Assembly (NCBI GenBank): GCA_018821745.1
Contig: JAHJLU010000383.1
Location: 1-44,974, forward strand
DNA length: 44,974 bases
Origin: Myxococcota bacterium
GTDB lineage: Bacteria > Myxococcota_A > Polyangia > HGW-17
Direction: 5' to 3'
Each line of letters begins with the position of its first letter. Within the stretch, counting starts at the first letter, position 1. The notes under the pieces are model-generated. The model searched no databases. It was not told the origin of the DNA and saw only the letters and a list, made by a program, of their open reading frames with translations. Positions 40,943 to 44,974 of the stretch are shown one piece after another. Both the position numbers and the translations under genes were made by a program.

Positions 40943-42157
40943 TTAGGGCCGTTTATTGATTTCACCGGCTTTGGTGAGGCCAATTTTTGTAAGGATGGGG
41001 CCGCCAATCTCGAATACAATGGAGGTGGCGGTCACGCTGGCGAGCACGGAGGAACCTATCCACAGTGCGTGGGGTGAACCAAGGTGGGCGGTCTCGGTGC
41101 TGACCACCAGGGCGAGCCCGATGGCGACACCTGCCTGGGACAGGATCCCCAGACCAAGATACTTTCTAATGTTGTCATCGGCTTTACCAAGAACAGCACC
41201 CACATAGGCGCCACCCACGAGGCCAGTGGAGCGCCCGATAATATATATAATACCTATGCCGCCAAGAGCCGGCAGTGACCAGATGTTGAGATGGGCGCCC
41301 GCCAGACAGAAGAAGAGAACAAACAGCAGGGGCATGAGGATTGTCATCGCACTGGAGACCTTGTGCCCCACATGCTCTCCGCTGATGTTTACCAATACAA
41401 GCCCCGCCATCATATTGGTGAGGATGAGGGAGAGATGGAGCTGGTTCGAGATACCAATACCAAAGGCGATACCAATAAAAGAAATAATAATAATATCTGA
41501 TGCCTGCTGAATCCTTGGCATGATGCGGGAGAGGACAAATCCCATGGCCGCACCAATGGAGATACTGAGCCCGATCTCTTTCCCCGCGTTTAAAAGCCCG
41601 GCGGCCATATCAACCGATGCTCCGGGGATTTCCGAAGCGAGCATGGTCTTGGCCAGGGAGAAGGCCACGCCGAAGATGATAATAGCCAGGCCATCGTCAA
41701 AACCCACCACGGCGTACAGCGCCTTGGTGAGTGGCCCGTGGGCCCGGTACTCATGTATCACCGCAACGGTTCCCGCAGGGGCGCTTGCGGGAGCCATAGC
41801 CCCGAAGATCAGCGCCAGCGGGAGATCCCGGGTGAACAGATAAATTGCAGTGGTCACCAGCAGGAAGGCACCAAAAGATTCTGCGAAGATAATGGTGATG
41901 ATACCTTTTCCCTGCTTTCTCAGCGCCGGGATGGAGAGCTCCAGCCCGATACTGATGGCCACAAACCCAAGGGCCAGATCCGAGATGAAGTCCAGGTTGG
42001 TCAGGAAGGTGGGGGAGAAGACTTTGCCCACGCTCGTCCCAAGCAGCACACCAACGATCATGTAGCCGACAAGGGAAGGCAGTCGCAGCATTTTTGTAAA
42101 ATATCCAGCGATATAAGCACTGCATGCGGCAATGGCGATAATGAGAAATGGTTTCAT
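40943..42157 (-). CDS. Cation:proton antiporter (CPA2/Kef-like membrane domain only, no RCK/KTN domain)
   Basis: About 12 hydrophobic helices. The N-terminus LRLPSLVGYMIVGVLLG is typical of Na+/H+-exchanger family proteins. ATG 42157 is preceded by GAGGAA and lies 10 nt after the upstream stop. Confidence 0.85.
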   Translation of the reverse strand: MKPFLIIAIAACSAYIAGYFTKMLRLPSLVGYMIVGVLLGTSVGKVFSPTFLTNLDFISDLALGFVAISIGLELSIPALRKQGKGIITIIFAESFGAFLLVTTAIYLFTRDLPLALIFGAMAPASAPAGTVAVIHEYRAHGPLTKALYAVVGFDDGLAIIIFGVAFSLAKTMLASEIPGASVDMAAGLLNAGKEIGLSISIGAAMGFVLSRIMPRIQQASDIIIISFIGIAFGIGISNQLHLSLILTNMMAGLVLVNISGEHVGHKVSSAMTILMPLLFVLFFCLAGAHLNIWSLPALGGIGIIYIIGRSTGLVGGAYVGAVLGKADDNIRKYLGLGILSQAGVAIGLALVVSTETAHLGSPHALWIGSSVLASVTATSIVFEIGGPILTKIGLTKAGEINKRP

Positions 42158-42167
42158 GGCTTCCTCG

Positions 42168-42977
42168 CTAATCCCGTAATTTGCCGCCGAGATACTGGAT
42201 CTCGGTTGTAAACACGAGGACTCCCTCACCCTCGCTCAGGGGACCGGTCACCTCTTCAATTCGCCTGACGGCTTCATTGGTCAGCCGCTTGTCCACGATG
42301 AATCGAATGATTTTGCAATAACTCTCCTGCCGCATGCTCCACAGATCGGCAAACAGGGGCACCCTGTGGATATACTCGATGGCGGACTTTCCCTGCACCA
42401 CAGTGGGTGGCGAGGTGACGAGACCCAGTAATTTTTCCAGAATTTCCTCAAAAAGATCATCGTTTTCCAGAATAAGTTCAACCAGCGCCTGCTCCTTAGG
42501 TTTTACCCCTATCTCTGCAGGCAGCATCCCCAAAAAGGATTTTCGCAGGTCCTTTGGTGATGAGGCGATGAGCAGTTGCTCACGGTTGGCCTTGTTGATA
42601 AGGGCCTGAGAGATGGCGGAGAGGAGCTTCAGGTGGTCCATGGTCTGCCCCTCCGGGGCGATGATGAACACAAAAATTTGCGTATTCTTCCCGTCAACTG
42701 CATGAAAGTTCAAACCCTTGGGGACAACAACCAGACCAAGGACGAACTGGGCGATTCCCTGGACACGGCAGTGGGGGATCGCCATTCCTCCCTGAAAACC
42801 CGTGGAGGAGACCTCCTCCCTTTTCTCGAGCAACGTATAAATACTTTCGGCGGTGTGATCAGCCAGAGCCGGGTGCTTTGCTGCCAATGAAGCTATCCGC
42901 TCCAGGATTCCTTTTTTTGTGGAGATGCTCTCCTCAATAGTCACACAGGTTTTGGGTATCAGTTCTTCTATTTTCAT
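42168..42977 (-). CDS. PTS EIIA type-2 (PtsN/EIIA-Ntr-like) domain protein with an extra ~120-aa beta-alpha-beta (PII-like?) C-terminal domain
   Basis: EIIA-2 blocks REEVSSTGFQGGMAIPHCRV (phospho-His region) and IFVFIIAPEG...HLKLLS. AAGGAG precedes the ATG. The C-terminal fold assignment is inference only. Confidence 0.78.
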   Translation of the reverse strand: MKIEELIPKTCVTIEESISTKKGILERIASLAAKHPALADHTAESIYTLLEKREEVSSTGFQGGMAIPHCRVQGIAQFVLGLVVVPKGLNFHAVDGKNTQIFVFIIAPEGQTMDHLKLLSAISQALINKANREQLLIASSPKDLRKSFLGMLPAEIGVKPKEQALVELILENDDLFEEILEKLLGLVTSPPTVVQGKSAIEYIHRVPLFADLWSMRQESYCKIIRFIVDKRLTNEAVRRIEEVTGPLSEGEGVLVFTTEIQYLGGKLRD

Positions 42978-42995
42978 GGGGTATTTCTCCTTTTA

Positions 42996-43718
42996 TTAAA
43001 GCTCTATGGAGAGGGTTTTGTGATTATTCTTGATATGTTCCAGTATTTCTTCAGCGGTTGTTGCCTTTCGAAAGGCGCCGACTATCCCGGTAGTGCGGAA
43101 CAGATAGGAGAGCTTCGCCATGAGCCGAAGGTGCGCGGTGGTGTTCCTGGCACATAAAAGACCGAAAACATAGGTCTTCTCACCGTCCAGGGAATCAAAA
43201 TCGGTTCCTTTTGGGCAGATCCCCAGTACAACATGATTCTTCAAGAACCCCATCGCCTCGGGATTCCTTGGATGAGGAAGCGCAACCCCTCCACCCACTG
43301 CGGTGGACATCATCTCTTCGCGCATCCTTAGGGTGGAGAAGAGAGGCTCTGCAGAGGGCAACGTCCCCGCAGCGGTAAGCACACCCACGAGCTGTTCCAA
43401 AATAAATTCCACGGGTCCCGCCTTCATATCCATCAGGATATGTTCTTTGGGGACTAGCTCGATCAATGAATGTATTTTCGTTTCTGTAGCAATAACATCC
43501 ACCAGATTTGATTTTTGGACGCTCTGCATCTTCGAGAGAATCCAGTCATCAATAATCGCCCGCACAAAACGCCATTGCCCCGACACCTTGGCCGAAGGCA
43601 CTTCACCCGACCTGATCATCCGCTGGATTGTCCGCTCTGAAACCTTGAGGTACTGTGCAATCTCGGAAATCGTTAACAATTCATCAATATTGGGATTTTC
43701 TTGTCTCGCGTCACTCAT
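42996..43718 (-). CDS. Excisionase/MerR-type HTH fused to a PTS EIIA type-2 domain
   Basis: HTH LTISEIAQYLKVSERTIQRMIRSGEVPSAKVSGQWRF. EIIA-2 blocks EEMMSTAVGGGVALPHPR and YVFGLLCARNTTAHLRLMAKLS. ATG 43718 follows GGAG by 7 nt; the track start at 43733 is GTG. Confidence 0.82.
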   Translation of the reverse strand: MSDARQENPNIDELLTISEIAQYLKVSERTIQRMIRSGEVPSAKVSGQWRFVRAIIDDWILSKMQSVQKSNLVDVIATETKIHSLIELVPKEHILMDMKAGPVEFILEQLVGVLTAAGTLPSAEPLFSTLRMREEMMSTAVGGGVALPHPRNPEAMGFLKNHVVLGICPKGTDFDSLDGEKTYVFGLLCARNTTAHLRLMAKLSYLFRTTGIVGAFRKATTAEEILEHIKNNHKTLSIEL

Positions 43719-43763
43719 GGCAATCTCCGTCACGACATGTCACTGTTTGTCGTAATTTGTCAT

Positions 43764-43792
43764 ATTTTAGGCATAATTGTCAGACGAGTCAA
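43764..43792 (-). promoter_or_regulatory. Strong sigma70-like promoter for the HTH-EIIA / EIIA / antiporter operon
   Basis: The minus strand reads TTGACT (43792..43787), a 17-nt spacer, then TAAAAT (43769..43764). Confidence 0.5.
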
Positions 43793-43840
43793 GATGAAAT
43801 TACCCGAAATTCTCCCTGCAACCGAAAAATTATTCAATGA

Positions 43841-44974
43841 TTACTCTACTTCAATCAGACACTCTTCGTTACAGCCATCCCCCGAGACGGTATTTCCATC
43901 GTCACACTGTTCCCCCTCAGCGGTCTGAAGCACTCCATCACCGCAGGAGGCCCCCAGAGTCTGGCACCCGGGAGCGCAAGCGCTGGCATTTCCACCGAGG
44001 TTCAACCCGTCATCGCAGATTTCTCCATCCTCGGTGTCCACAATACCGTCTCCGCAGTATGAGGCGAGCGTACAGTCGGGGTTACAGGTCCCGTAGTCAC
44101 CATTGTTGACACCGTCATCACAGGCCTCTACGGAACTGACAATCCCGTCTCCGCAGTCGGAGGTGCACTGGGAGGGAGCCCGGGTGAAGTTGGTGAGGGT
44201 CAGCATATAGTTGGAGGCGGTAGTGTGGCGCTCGGCCTGAAACACAACTGCCTCGTAGATGCCACCTACCGTGAGCCCAAGGGCAGCGGCAACGCCAGCA
44301 TCCCCGAGATTCACGCTGCCCGGGCTCGCTCCATGGACACCGCCAATGTCAACGGCCAGGCGGTTGTTGATAAACACCCAGACGTCATCGTCGCCCGTGA
44401 AATCCAGCACTTCCGTACCGCTGTACTCAAACCAGTAACGGATCTCCGAGGTAAAGTGGAAGTTGTGCCCATTATAGGGAACCTCACATGGATTGCCATC
44501 GCAGGTTTCCGTCAAAAATCCCGATCCGTCGAGGGGGAAAAAGGTGGGACTCTGGAACTGATATGCTCCACCACCGATGTTGTTCAACGTCATCTCCTGG
44601 GCATATACCCGGTTATAGTGGGGATCGGAGCGATACCACAGGGCAAAGGAATCCAGGCTGAAGGTCATGGTATTGGGAACACGCACCGGTTTCCCGTCGC
44701 CGTCAAGCTCGGTCTCCACCATCCCCAACACCACGCCCCCGTTGTAACATTCGAAATCCTGATGACCGTATGGGGGAGTGGCCGCGGAATCCGTGTCGGG
44801 GAGACGCGCATTGGCGCCACAGGCGGCCACAAAATCACGGATGGTGATGGGGAGCACCACCTGGGCGGGCGGAGGCAGAGGCACCTCCACGCATTCCCAG
44901 CCATACTCTATGGTGCAGTTGGCACTGCAGCCGTCACCGGAGACGGTGTTGCCGTCGTCGCACTCCTCGGGAGC
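43841..44974 (-). CDS. Partial CDS (5' end beyond the right edge): fibro-slime/PA14-like domain adhesin flanked by Myxococcus-type Cys-rich repeats
   Basis: The frame stays open to 44974 (APEECDDGNTVSGDGCSANCTIEYGWEC...), so the track 'M' at 44890 is an internal GTG. Fibro-slime blocks ITIRDF, HQDFE, GMVETELDGDGKPV, FFPLDG, NFHFTSEI and FTGDDDVWVFINNRLAVDIGGVHG. Three C-terminal CGDG...CDDG repeats. Confidence 0.85.
   Translation of the reverse strand, partial: APEECDDGNTVSGDGCSANCTIEYGWECVEVPLPPPAQVVLPITIRDFVAACGANARLPDTDSAATPPYGHQDFECYNGGVVLGMVETELDGDGKPVRVPNTMTFSLDSFALWYRSDPHYNRVYAQEMTLNNIGGGAYQFQSPTFFPLDGSGFLTETCDGNPCEVPYNGHNFHFTSEIRYWFEYSGTEVLDFTGDDDVWVFINNRLAVDIGGVHGASPGSVNLGDAGVAAALGLTVGGIYEAVVFQAERHTTASNYMLTLTNFTRAPSQCTSDCGDGIVSSVEACDDGVNNGDYGTCNPDCTLASYCGDGIVDTEDGEICDDGLNLGGNASACAPGCQTLGASCGDGVLQTAEGEQCDDGNTVSGDGCNEECLIEVE

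Noticed and set aside
1-44974. Whole-window scan for CRISPR arrays, tRNA/rRNA genes, transposases/integrases, prophage or known defence genes
   Set aside because: I found no direct-repeat/spacer architecture, no cloverleaf-like or rRNA-like stretches in the few non-coding gaps (all under 260 nt), and no DDE, tyrosine-recombinase or phage motifs in any ORF.

Overview
Densely coded, moderately GC-rich chromosomal segment. I call 38 protein-coding genes, two of them partial at the window edges. I see no rRNA, tRNA, CRISPR array, transposase or integrase. All family calls come from reading motifs by eye; no BLAST or HMM search was possible. The gene content points to a Myxococcota or 'deltaproteobacterial'-type organism (inference): a eukaryote-like Ser/Thr kinase with a PEGA-like tail, PilZ, hybrid histidine kinases, a sigma54 enhancer-binding protein, a fibro-slime domain, and CGDG...ECD cysteine-rich repeats. 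Left to right: (1) a minus-strand module of PilZ, a large TPR-like protein, a secretion-substrate-like protein with a T3SS-needle-like C-terminus, an LcrH/SycD-like chaperone, and a Ser/Thr kinase. (2) A DPP-IV-type peptidase, a tryptophanase/tyrosine-phenol-lyase family enzyme, DUF89 and RidA, interleaved with two large Cys-rich repeat lipoproteins. (3) A signalling island with two hybrid kinases, a CheY-like receiver and a TPR-GAF-PAS sigma54 activator. (4) A long plus-strand array of cyclophilin, an HPr-kinase-like P-loop protein, PqqD, radical SAM/SPASM, a 1043-aa FG-GAP lipoprotein, an unlisted 59-codon ORF, an anchorless SipW-like S26 peptidase, coaE, an orphan 534-aa protein, valS and a CDP-alcohol phosphatidyltransferase. 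(5) A basic Cys-rich secreted protein, a lipoprotein/HAMP-kinase pair and a nitroreductase lipoprotein. (6) An HTH-EIIA / EIIA-PII-like / CPA2 antiporter operon with a strong promoter and 10-bp-phased TGTC repeats. (7) A partial fibro-slime adhesin. The most interesting candidate is a RiPP-like system. The kinase-like/PqqD/rSAM-SPASM triad has no adjacent precursor. A well-initiated 59-codon ORF 3.3 kb downstream is below the ORF-track size cut-off and carries a lasso-peptide-type leader motif (KKPYTPPQL...GG) and a two-Cys core. It is immediately followed by a membrane-anchorless ER-type signal-peptidase homologue. No lasso cyclase or B2 protease is present.
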